This document shows positions 8,875 to 16,214 of a stretch of 32,000 nucleotides of DNA, piece after piece; position 1 is the first letter of the stretch, and each line of letters opens with the position of its first letter. A program made the translations under genes and the position numbers. The notes below the pieces were generated by a model. The model saw only the letters and a list, made by a program, of their open reading frames with translations, was not told where the DNA came from and made no database searches. Source of the stretch: Aquifex aeolicus VF5 (lineage in GTDB: Bacteria; Aquificota; Aquificia; Aquificales; Aquificaceae); contig NC_000918.1 in assembly GCF_000008625.1 (NCBI RefSeq), positions 780,001 to 812,000 of the forward strand, given 5' to 3'.

Positions 8875-9198
8875 TTACTTTTTCGTTCTCTTCTGGAGTT
8901 TTTCCATAAGTTCCTTCATACACTTTTGCCTGTGTTCTATTACAATCTTCATGGTTTCCGGATCCATCATCTGCATGTTCATCATTCCCATCATGGGGTT
9001 CATACCCATGTAGGGCATACCCATCATCGGCATCATGTACATCATCGGCATCATAGGCATCATGTAAGGGTAGTAGTACATGGGCGGAGACATCTGCCTT
9101 TCTTTCGTCATTCCTCCCATCATTCCTCCACCCATCATGTCCATATGAGCGAAGGAAATGGAAAGTCCGAGTCCTGCAGCAACTAAAAACTTCTTCAT
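8875..9198 (-). CDS. Secreted methionine-rich small protein (32 Met in 107 aa); putative periplasmic Cu(I)/Ag(I) binding protein
   Basis: A strong SD, AAGGAGGTG, lies 5 nt upstream of the ATG. The signal peptide is [17 protein letters not shown]. The mature region is dominated by MMP/PMM/GMM motifs ([35 protein letters not shown]) and is followed by a charged tail. It is co-oriented and tightly spaced within the copper operon. Confidence 0.7.
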
Positions 9199-9210
9199 GA
9201 CACACCTCCT

Positions 9211-9579
9211 TTATTCAATCAGTTCGTAAACTTGCTCTTCCTTTCCCCACCCGCTGAGAACACCGTGCGGGGAGTAAACACCTCTCGCTTTTTCACTCTT
9301 CAAAAGTTCCCTTATGCCCTCTGCGGGCACGTGTCCCTCCACAAACTTTCCGTTTATCACCATCGTGTGACACGAACGTTTGTCTATGGGAACCCCAAGT
9401 TCATCCTTCTTTCTCAAAACCTCCCTCGGTTTTAGGGCAACTCTCTTTACTTTGAAACCTTTACTCTCGAGTATCTGGAAGTATTTGTGACAACAACCGC
9501 AGTTTGGATTGTAAAAGGCCGTGAGTTCAAATGAAAAGCCAAAAGAGAAGAGAAGTAAAAGACTTAAAACTCTCAACAT
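9211..9579 (-). CDS. copG: CopG/DUF411-family periplasmic copper-binding protein
   Basis: It has a signal peptide ([17 protein letters not shown]), a CxCC motif ([10 protein letters not shown]), and SCHT plus EGHVPA motifs characteristic of DUF411/CopG. AAGGAGGTG lies upstream. Confidence 0.75.
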   Translation of the reverse strand: MLRVLSLLLLFSFGFSFELTAFYNPNCGCCHKYFQILESKGFKVKRVALKPREVLRKKDELGVPIDKRSCHTMVINGKFVEGHVPAEGIRELLKSEKARGVYSPHGVLSGWGKEEQVYELIE

Positions 9580-9592
9580 ATTGCACCTCCTT

Positions 9593-11176
9593 TCAGGCGT
9601 TTACCCTGTAATTGACCATCATCCCCTCGTCGTGGTGTTCGAGAATGTGGCAGTGAAGAAGGTATATCTGGTGCTCGTTATAGGGATGGCTCATGTCCAC
9701 CGCTATTCTTACCGTTTCCATGGGAGCTACTATTACCGTATCCTTCCAGCCGAGGTCCGTAGCCCTCAAAGGTCCCAAGCTCCTTTCTAGAACTTGAAAC
9801 TGAAAGCCGTGTATGTGCATGGGGTGGTACATACCCGTGTTGTTTACGTACTCTATAATCACCACGTCGCCGTTGTTCTGTTCAAAGAGAACCTTCGGAT
9901 TGTTTATGTCCTGCGGATTTGCGTAGCCGTCTTCCCACGTTTCTCCGTTAATCGTGAAAACCATTCTCCTCATGCCTAGAGTTATCCTTTGAACTTGTGC
10001 ACCGTCTGTATTTATAGGTGTTACTTCTGAAAGACGTTGAGGAATACTTTTGTCGTAAGCAGAATCCTTTGTAACCCTGAACTCCATAACTTCAAACTCT
10101 GAGTTATCTGCCATACCCATATCCATATTCATTCCATTTCCCATACCCATACCTCTTTCCATTCCCATTCCCATTCTCATTCCAATCATTCCCATTCCTA
10201 TTAAGTTGTGAGGGAAGTTGTAAAGCTTTATTACGTCATTTACGCTTGCGTCCCTGAAATCTACGAGGATGTCTATTCTCTCTCCCGGAGCTACTAAGAT
10301 TTCATTAACCTCCTTCGGAGTGTCCAGCAGTCCTCCCTCCACGCCGATTACCCAGAACCTCATCCTTTGGTTTCCTCTGAGGAGTGCAAGCCTGTAGGGC
10401 CGTGCATTAGAACCGTTCAAAATTCTGAACCTGTAAATCTTTCTCTCTACGTCCATATAAGGGTTTGGCGTTAAGTTCACGAGAATAGTGTCTCCCCAGA
10501 AGCCCATGTGTCCCATCGGGTTGTAAACGAGCTGTCCACTGGAGTCAAAGGTCTTGTCCTGAATTATGAGCGGAATGTCTATAACTCCGTATTCGAGATC
10601 GAGAGCCTGTTTTAAGTTATCCTCATCCTCGTCCTCGATTATTATCATTCCCGCAAGACCGTAGTAAACCTGATAACCCGTCCTTCCGTGGGGGTGGGGG
10701 TGGTAAAAGTAAGTCCCGGAGCGGTCTATAATCGTAAAGTCGGGGTAGGAGTAAGTTTCTCCGTCTTTTACGGCGTAATAGGGATGTCCGTCGGACTTCC
10801 AGGGAGCTCTAAAGCCGTGCCAGTGTATTATTGAGTCTTCTCCGGAGTTATTCACAAAGTCAGCACTGAAAGTTTGCCCCTTTCTGAGAAATATGACGGG
10901 GTTGTACTCATTATCAATCTCGTAAACGAGCATATCCGTCGACTTTCCGGGGATTACCTCAAGGGTTGTCCACTTTGCGGTTATACTTACTCGCTGTCCA
11001 TCGGGAAAAAGGAAGTATCCGGGGATATTGAGGGATTGTTTACTCAAAGTTCCGCTGCCCTGACCCGAGGAACTTCCGGTTGTACCACCCCCTCCGCAGG
11101 AAAGGAGGGAAAGTCCCCCAACCGAAAAGCCAAGGGCGGAAAAGAGAGAAGTTTTTATAAATTTACGCCTGTCCAT
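9593..11176 (-). CDS. mcoA: Multicopper oxidase (CueO/McoA-like metallo-oxidase), a Tat-exported lipoprotein
   Basis: The Tat motif is MDRRKFIK, followed by the lipobox-like LSLLSCGGG. The copper-ligand motifs are HWHG, HPHPHG, HPMHIHG and HCHILEHHDEGMM. A Met-rich insert is present. From memory it matches the characterised A. aeolicus McoA. Confidence 0.9.
   Translation of the reverse strand: MDRRKFIKTSLFSALGFSVGGLSLLSCGGGGTTGSSSGQGSGTLSKQSLNIPGYFLFPDGQRVSITAKWTTLEVIPGKSTDMLVYEIDNEYNPVIFLRKGQTFSADFVNNSGEDSIIHWHGFRAPWKSDGHPYYAVKDGETYSYPDFTIIDRSGTYFYHPHPHGRTGYQVYYGLAGMIIIEDEDEDNLKQALDLEYGVIDIPLIIQDKTFDSSGQLVYNPMGHMGFWGDTILVNLTPNPYMDVERKIYRFRILNGSNARPYRLALLRGNQRMRFWVIGVEGGLLDTPKEVNEILVAPGERIDILVDFRDASVNDVIKLYNFPHNLIGMGMIGMRMGMGMERGMGMGNGMNMDMGMADNSEFEVMEFRVTKDSAYDKSIPQRLSEVTPINTDGAQVQRITLGMRRMVFTINGETWEDGYANPQDINNPKVLFEQNNGDVVIIEYVNNTGMYHPMHIHGFQFQVLERSLGPLRATDLGWKDTVIVAPMETVRIAVDMSHPYNEHQIYLLHCHILEHHDEGMMVNYRVNA
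10112..10195 (-). other. Met/Gly-rich low-complexity loop within mcoA (MGMIGMRMGMGMERGMGMGNGMNMDMGM)
   Basis: Read directly from the sequence: the plus strand is a run of CAT-containing triplets. It is analogous to the Met-rich loop that gates the substrate site in CueO-type cuprous oxidases. Confidence 0.8.
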
Positions 11177-11188
11177 AACTTACCTCCT

Positions 11189-12523
11189 TTAGTGGTGGTG
11201 ATGCATTTGCATTTGTTTGCCGTAAAGCCCTTTGATTTGTGCTTCCGCATCGAGCAGGAATGTGCCCTTTACCACAACTCTCTGTCCTTCTTTCAGTCCG
11301 TGAATTACCTCGTAGTAGCCCTCTCCTCTTCTTCCGAGCTTTACCTGAACGGGCATGTACATTCCCTTTTCCATCTCTACAAAGACGAACCGCCTCCTTC
11401 CCGTATCCACTACAGCACTTTCCGGAACTGCAATAACCTCGCCTATCGGCACTTCAAAGGAAACGTTTACGAGTGCGTTAGGCTTAAAGGTGAGGTTTTC
11501 GTTCTTGAGTTTGAGCCTGACCTTCAAGGTTCTGGAGAGTTTATTCACCTCAGGGAATATGTAGTCCACTGTAGCCTGAAACTGGGTGCTGTCTCCTTCC
11601 GGACTTACAAATGCCTTAAGGCCTTTTCTTATGTAGCTTGAAAAATGAAGGGGAACTTCCGCAACTATCCATGCGGTGGAAAGATCTGCAATCCTGTAAG
11701 CGGTTTGACCTTCCTTCAGGTACCCTCCCTCGTAAACTTGTTTTTGGAGAATTACACCGTCAACGGGAGAACGTACTACACTTCCTGCCTTTAAATACCT
11801 CAACTTCCTTAAAGCTTCCTTTATGAGTTTTTCGTCGCCTATTTTTTTTGCAAGTTTATACTCCCTTTTGGCTATCTCTATATCGGGGCTAAGCACCTTC
11901 ATTAGCGGTGTTCCCTTCTTGACGTACTCTCCTTCAAACCTGCCGTAAGTTTTCTCAACCCAAGCGTCGGCCCTTACGGTTATGTCGTAAACCTTTTCCC
12001 TGTTGTAGTCCACGTAACCCACGGTGTAAAAGCGTCTGACCAGAAACCTTTTCTTCACGGGTTCGGTTATAACGCCGAGAAGTTGAAGTTTTTCCGGAGG
12101 AATCATTATGTGTCCCGAGTGTTCCATAGGCTTCGTTTCCTTTGCGGTTTCTTTTGACAGGGGAATGAAAACGTTTCTCGTTATCTTCGTTCCGTCTGCA
12201 AACATTATCCTTATCTCCCACGGACCGTCCATACTTATGTTCACAAAACCCTCGTAAACTCCCTCACCCTTTTTCTCCAGTTTTGCGACGTCCCTCATCT
12301 CGTTCATACCGGGCATCGGAGGCATGTAAAAGTAGAACTCCTTTATCTCCTTTGGGGGCTTTACCTCAACCCTTATTTCATTCCCTCCCGACTTTATCTT
12401 TCCATCTTTTGAGTAGATAACAACCTCCACTTCCTTTTGCTTTAGTCTTATTACTTCCTTATAATCTCCACCCAAAAAGGCAAAAACTACGTTAATGAAA
12501 ATAAGAAAGCTTAAAATTCTCAT
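11189..12523 (-). CDS. cusB: Membrane fusion protein of the heavy-metal RND system (CusB/HlyD family) with an extra N-terminal domain and a C-terminal HHHH tail
   Basis: ATGA overlap with cusC. The core (LLGVITEPVKK...RADAWVEK...GTPLMKVLSPD...VPESAVVDTGRRRFVFV...VVVKGTFLLDAEAQ) is typical of CusB/CzcB adaptors. An N-terminal segment of about 120 aa contains MPPMPGMNEM. The protein ends QMQMHHHH. Confidence 0.85.
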   Translation of the reverse strand: MRILSFLIFINVVFAFLGGDYKEVIRLKQKEVEVVIYSKDGKIKSGGNEIRVEVKPPKEIKEFYFYMPPMPGMNEMRDVAKLEKKGEGVYEGFVNISMDGPWEIRIMFADGTKITRNVFIPLSKETAKETKPMEHSGHIMIPPEKLQLLGVITEPVKKRFLVRRFYTVGYVDYNREKVYDITVRADAWVEKTYGRFEGEYVKKGTPLMKVLSPDIEIAKREYKLAKKIGDEKLIKEALRKLRYLKAGSVVRSPVDGVILQKQVYEGGYLKEGQTAYRIADLSTAWIVAEVPLHFSSYIRKGLKAFVSPEGDSTQFQATVDYIFPEVNKLSRTLKVRLKLKNENLTFKPNALVNVSFEVPIGEVIAVPESAVVDTGRRRFVFVEMEKGMYMPVQVKLGRRGEGYYEVIHGLKEGQRVVVKGTFLLDAEAQIKGLYGKQMQMHHHH

Positions 12524-13698
12524 ATTAGCGCCTCCGCCTCAGCAGAAATTTCGTTAAGTTTTTTCAAGGTAAAAGCCCTCTGGATTTTTAACTTCCAGAG
12601 ATCCCTGTAAGCCCGGATAATTTCTCTAACATCAACTTTTTCGTACCCATAGGCTAAGAATAGAGCTTCTATTTCTTGTTCTTTCTTCTTTATTTCCTCT
12701 TCCAGAGTTTTTAACGCCTTAAGTGTTATGTTATACGACCTCTTTAATCCAAGAAACCTCTCTTTTACGAAGTTTTTTGTAAAGTTAAGCTCCTTCATTT
12801 TAGCCTTTATCCTTTCCTTTGCTTCAAGGACCAAAAACCTTTCCCTTTTCTCGTACCAAACAGGAAGGGAAACTCCAATTCCCAGAGAAAAAAGGTCCGG
12901 ATTTCCCGTTCTTACAACGTACTCCGCGAGCAAGTTCAAATCTGGATAGTGTTCAACTTTTGCCCTTTCCAGTTCTTTCCTTAGAGTGTTTAATTCCTCA
13001 AAGAGGAGTCTAACGTAAACGCTTTCATCTTCGGAAAAATTCTGGGGAAACTTAAATAAACTCAATCTTCCAGGTCTTAAATCAAATTTACCGCCGATTA
13101 GAGAGTATATTTCACCCTTTATCTTTTCCCTTAACGCCTCGTTGTTTTTAAGTTCTTCCTCCACTTTTATTATTTCCGTTTTGACCATTAGAATATCCGA
13201 AAGCAGGGCTTTATTTTGAGCGTACTTTTCCTTCAAATTTTCAAGGAGAATGTAAAGGTCTTCTTTTATTTCCTTGAGTATTCTTTCCTTTTCGTAAGTG
13301 TAGAGAAAATCGTAGTAAAGTATCTTTACGTTTTTTATTAGCTCTCTTTCGTATATTTCTCTTTTTACCTTTACCTCTTTTGCCCTGTTCTTAAAAATTT
13401 CGGAACTCTTTTCCCTTTTTACCGGAAGTGTGTACCTCTGCATAAAGGTTATTGCGTAACCGCTCATGGGATTTTCCTCTCTTACCATTGGAACTTCCGT
13501 ATCAAAATTCCTGAACGTGAACCTGATTTCGGGATTTGGTAAAGATTTCATAAAAAGACTTCTGAAAGTATTAGCTTTTTCCAAATAAACGAAACTTTTT
13601 AACTTTGTATTGTTCTTTAAAGCAAAGTTTATTAATTCTTCTAACTGGGAAGAAAAAACAAAGTTCAAGGAAATTAACACAAAAATCAGAAAATGCAT
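12520..13698 (-). CDS. cusC: Outer-membrane efflux factor (TolC/CusC family)
   Basis: The 392-aa protein has the signal peptide MHFLIFVLISLNFVFS and long coiled-coil-like repeats of the OEP family. It is translationally coupled to cusB by a 4-nt overlap. It has no lipobox Cys, so it is TolC-like rather than lipidated. Confidence 0.8.
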   Translation of the reverse strand: MHFLIFVLISLNFVFSSQLEELINFALKNNTKLKSFVYLEKANTFRSLFMKSLPNPEIRFTFRNFDTEVPMVREENPMSGYAITFMQRYTLPVKREKSSEIFKNRAKEVKVKREIYERELIKNVKILYYDFLYTYEKERILKEIKEDLYILLENLKEKYAQNKALLSDILMVKTEIIKVEEELKNNEALREKIKGEIYSLIGGKFDLRPGRLSLFKFPQNFSEDESVYVRLLFEELNTLRKELERAKVEHYPDLNLLAEYVVRTGNPDLFSLGIGVSLPVWYEKRERFLVLEAKERIKAKMKELNFTKNFVKERFLGLKRSYNITLKALKTLEEEIKKKEQEIEALFLAYGYEKVDVREIIRAYRDLWKLKIQRAFTLKKLNEISAEAEALI

Positions 13699-13766
13699 AC
13701 GTAAATATGTAAAGTTCTCCTTGTGTTAATTCAAGATTTAAATTCAATTTAAGAAAATGTTAAAAT

Positions 13767-14837
13767 TCAGAGAAAAATAACCATATTATCTCTGTGGATT
13801 ACTTCGTCTTTTGTTGTGTTTAATAGTTTTCTAACTTCACTCGTTTTTAGACCTTTTATCTTTTCTATTTCCTCCGAAGAAAAATTCACCTTTCCCTTTC
13901 CTATTATCAGTCCTTCTTCGTTCTGAATGCTTACCACATCTCCCCTTTTAAAGTTTCCCTGAACGGAAACCACACCCGCGGGAAGCAGGCTCTTTCCTGC
14001 TTTCAGGGCTTCTTGAGCTCCCCTGTCCACCACGATTATACCTTTCGGTTCTTCCAAGGTAGCTATAACCTTGAGGGCGTTCCTGAGTTTTCTCTTGGAT
14101 GGCTTAAAAAGCGTTCCCTTAGTTTTCAAATTCCTCAAGTCCAAAATGTTTTCTTCCTTGCTCGTTATTATCACGGGAATGTTCAGAGTTGTTGCGAGTC
14201 TTGTGGCCTCAAGCTTGCTCCTCATTCCGCCCGTTCCGAAGCTCGTACCCGTTCCCCTCACGTACTTGAAAACCTTTTCTATGTCCTCAACCACGGGAAT
14301 TATCCTGTCTTTGTCGTCCTTCAGTCCACCAGCACTTGAGAATATCACTAGAAGGTCAGCGTTTACCATGAAAGAGACGTAAACCGCGAGGAAGTCGTTG
14401 TCCCCGAACACGAGTTCCTCCACTGCAACGGCGTCGTTCTCGTTTATTACGGGAACTACGCCCAGTTCTAGGAGCTTTTCAAGGGTGCTCTTTGCGTTTT
14501 TAAACCTCTCTTCCTTTTCCTTTGAAAAAACGTCTTTCGTGAGGAGAACCTGACCTACCTTCAATCCGTAGTTTGAGAATATCGTGTCGTAAAGGTGCAT
14601 GAGGTAGCTCTGTCCCACGGAGGCGAGGGCCTGTTTTAAAGTCAGATCTTTTGGCTTTTCCTTAATTCCTAGCTTCTTCGCTCCCGAGAGAACCGCACCC
14701 GAAGAGACTATTAAAACTTTATCACCAAAGGAGTGGAGTTTTTTTATGCCTTCCGCCAGCTTGGATAAAAAGCTGAGGTCTATATCTCCCTCGTCGGTCT
14801 CAAGGAGGTTAGAACCTATCTTGAAAACTATTCTCAT
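13767..14837 (-). CDS. proB: Glutamate 5-kinase with a C-terminal PUA domain
   Basis: Motifs are KIGSNLL, VSSGAV, NENDAV and FGDND, plus a C-terminal PUA region (LLPAGVVSVQGNFKRGDVV). The length of 356 aa fits. Confidence 0.9.
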   Translation of the reverse strand: MRIVFKIGSNLLETDEGDIDLSFLSKLAEGIKKLHSFGDKVLIVSSGAVLSGAKKLGIKEKPKDLTLKQALASVGQSYLMHLYDTIFSNYGLKVGQVLLTKDVFSKEKEERFKNAKSTLEKLLELGVVPVINENDAVAVEELVFGDNDFLAVYVSFMVNADLLVIFSSAGGLKDDKDRIIPVVEDIEKVFKYVRGTGTSFGTGGMRSKLEATRLATTLNIPVIITSKEENILDLRNLKTKGTLFKPSKRKLRNALKVIATLEEPKGIIVVDRGAQEALKAGKSLLPAGVVSVQGNFKRGDVVSIQNEEGLIIGKGKVNFSSEEIEKIKGLKTSEVRKLLNTTKDEVIHRDNMVIFL

Positions 14838-14866
14838 GTGAGTTTTATATATTAAATCATTAATTT

Positions 14867-15739
14867 ATGGGAGTTCTCGAGGCGTGGGAGAGGCATCTGG
14901 AAAAGACAAAGAGCCAGAAAACAAAAGAAACGTACCTTATGCTAGTCAAGGAATTTTTCAAGTTCCACAAAGTTGACGAAAAGGAAATAATTGAAAATCT
15001 GAAACCTTCCATGGTTTACAGATTCGTAGACGAGAGCGATCTAAACCCGAGTTCTCTTCTCACGACCCTTTCCGCCCTCAGGTACTTCTTAAAGTTCTTA
15101 ACGAGGAGGGAGTACATAGAAAAGAGTATGTACGAAAGCCTTAAGGCCGCTATAGAGGAGGCGAGGGAAGAACTCAACGCAAAGAAAACACCACGCTATC
15201 CGAGGGCTCTTACCAGAGAAGAAATAGAGGCGATATTTGAAAAGGTAAAAGGTAAGAAGTACGAAAAGATTTACACGCTCTTTCTCTACAGCGGTATAAG
15301 ACTCGGGGAGTACGAGAAACTCTCCGAAGAAAACTTCTTCATGGACAAGAGTGGTATACTCTGGATCAAGTTAACACCTGAAATGACCAAGAGAAACAAA
15401 GGGAGGCTCGTTCCTATACTCTCTCCCGACAAGGACGAAACACTCAAGGTTACTGAGAAACTTAGCAGGTGGATAGAAGACTTTGAAGGGAACTTCCGCG
15501 TAAAGAGGGGGGTGCTTCAGGTTTACACGGACAGGCTCTCCAAGAGGTTAAACATAGACTTCAGTATCCACAGCTTCAGGCACACCTATATCACGAACCT
15601 CATAAATTCCGGCTTCCCCATTGAGGTGGTAAAGGAGTTTGCGGGGCACTCGAGCATAAAGACTACCGTGGAGACTTATTACAAGTTCAGTCAAAAGAGG
15701 GCACAGGAACTCGTAAGGAACTTCCTCTTTTCGCAGTAA
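14867..15739 (+). CDS. Tyrosine recombinase (XerC/XerD-like phage-integrase family)
   Basis: The catalytic signature is present: R in SGIRLGE, HxxR in HSFRHTY, GHSSIKTT, and Y in VETYY. At 290 aa it fits the SAM-like N-domain plus catalytic domain architecture. Confidence 0.8.
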   Translation: MGVLEAWERHLEKTKSQKTKETYLMLVKEFFKFHKVDEKEIIENLKPSMVYRFVDESDLNPSSLLTTLSALRYFLKFLTRREYIEKSMYESLKAAIEEAREELNAKKTPRYPRALTREEIEAIFEKVKGKKYEKIYTLFLYSGIRLGEYEKLSEENFFMDKSGILWIKLTPEMTKRNKGRLVPILSPDKDETLKVTEKLSRWIEDFEGNFRVKRGVLQVYTDRLSKRLNIDFSIHSFRHTYITNLINSGFPIEVVKEFAGHSSIKTTVETYYKFSQKRAQELVRNFLFSQ

Positions 15740-15749
15740 AATCGTATTT

Positions 15750-16214
15750 ATGAAGATAGCTATCGGTTCGGATCACGCGGGATTTCCTCTAAAGGAAAAG
15801 ATAAAGGAATTTTTAAAGGGAGAAGGGCACAAGGTTATAGACGTAGGAACTCACGCTCAGGAGTCCACCCACTACCCTATATACGCAAAAGAGGTCGTAA
15901 GGGCTATAAGGAGCGGAAAAGCTGAAAGGGGAATACTCATATGCGGAACAGGAATAGGCATGTCCATTACAGCAAACAAGTTCAGGGGCATAAGGGCGGC
16001 ACTTTGCACGAACGAGTACATGGCACGCATGAGCAGACTACACAACGATGCAAACGTCTTGTGCTTGGGAGAGAGAGTTCTCGGAGTTGAACTCGCCCTT
16101 TCCATAGTAAAAGTTTGGCTGGAAACACCTTTCGAAGGGGGAAGGCACTTAAAGAGACTCGAGATAATATCAGAGATAGAAGATGAAATTTGCGGAGAAA
16201 ATATACCCCGATAA
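15750..16214 (+). CDS. rpiB: Ribose-5-phosphate isomerase B (RpiB/LacAB family)
   Basis: Motifs are MKIAIGSDHAGF, GILICGTGIGMSITANK and NDANVLCLG. Confidence 0.9.
   Translation: MKIAIGSDHAGFPLKEKIKEFLKGEGHKVIDVGTHAQESTHYPIYAKEVVRAIRSGKAERGILICGTGIGMSITANKFRGIRAALCTNEYMARMSRLHNDANVLCLGERVLGVELALSIVKVWLETPFEGGRHLKRLEIISEIEDEICGENIPR

Noticed and set aside
8806-9186. A 126-aa plus-strand ORF that is strikingly His-rich ([33 protein letters not shown]). It could be mistaken for a metal-binding protein.
   Set aside because: It is the antisense mirror of the Met-rich gene, because ATG codons read as CAT (His) on the other strand. It starts inside the ATPase gene, has no SD or signal peptide, and runs against the operon direction. 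The minus-strand frame has a strong SD and a signal peptide.
8837-9205. An alternative minus-strand 122-aa ORF overlapping the Met-rich gene in another frame.
   Set aside because: It has no SD or signal peptide and an odd Asp/His/Gly composition produced by the repeat. The 8875-9198 frame is better supported.
12520-12523. The C-terminal HHHH of the CusB-like protein (encoded at 11192-11203) as a sign of an engineered His-tag or cloning artefact.
   Set aside because: There are only four His residues, preceded by the native-looking QMQM, and no vector or linker sequence. The gene sits in a natural operon with normal junctions, and His/Met tails are plausible metal sites in copper proteins.
14867-15739. 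The tyrosine recombinase as part of a prophage, an IS element or an integrative element.
   Set aside because: It has no flanking inverted or direct repeats that I could see, and no phage, transposase or conjugation genes nearby. It is embedded in a tight string of housekeeping genes. I kept it only as a low-interest island-boundary question.
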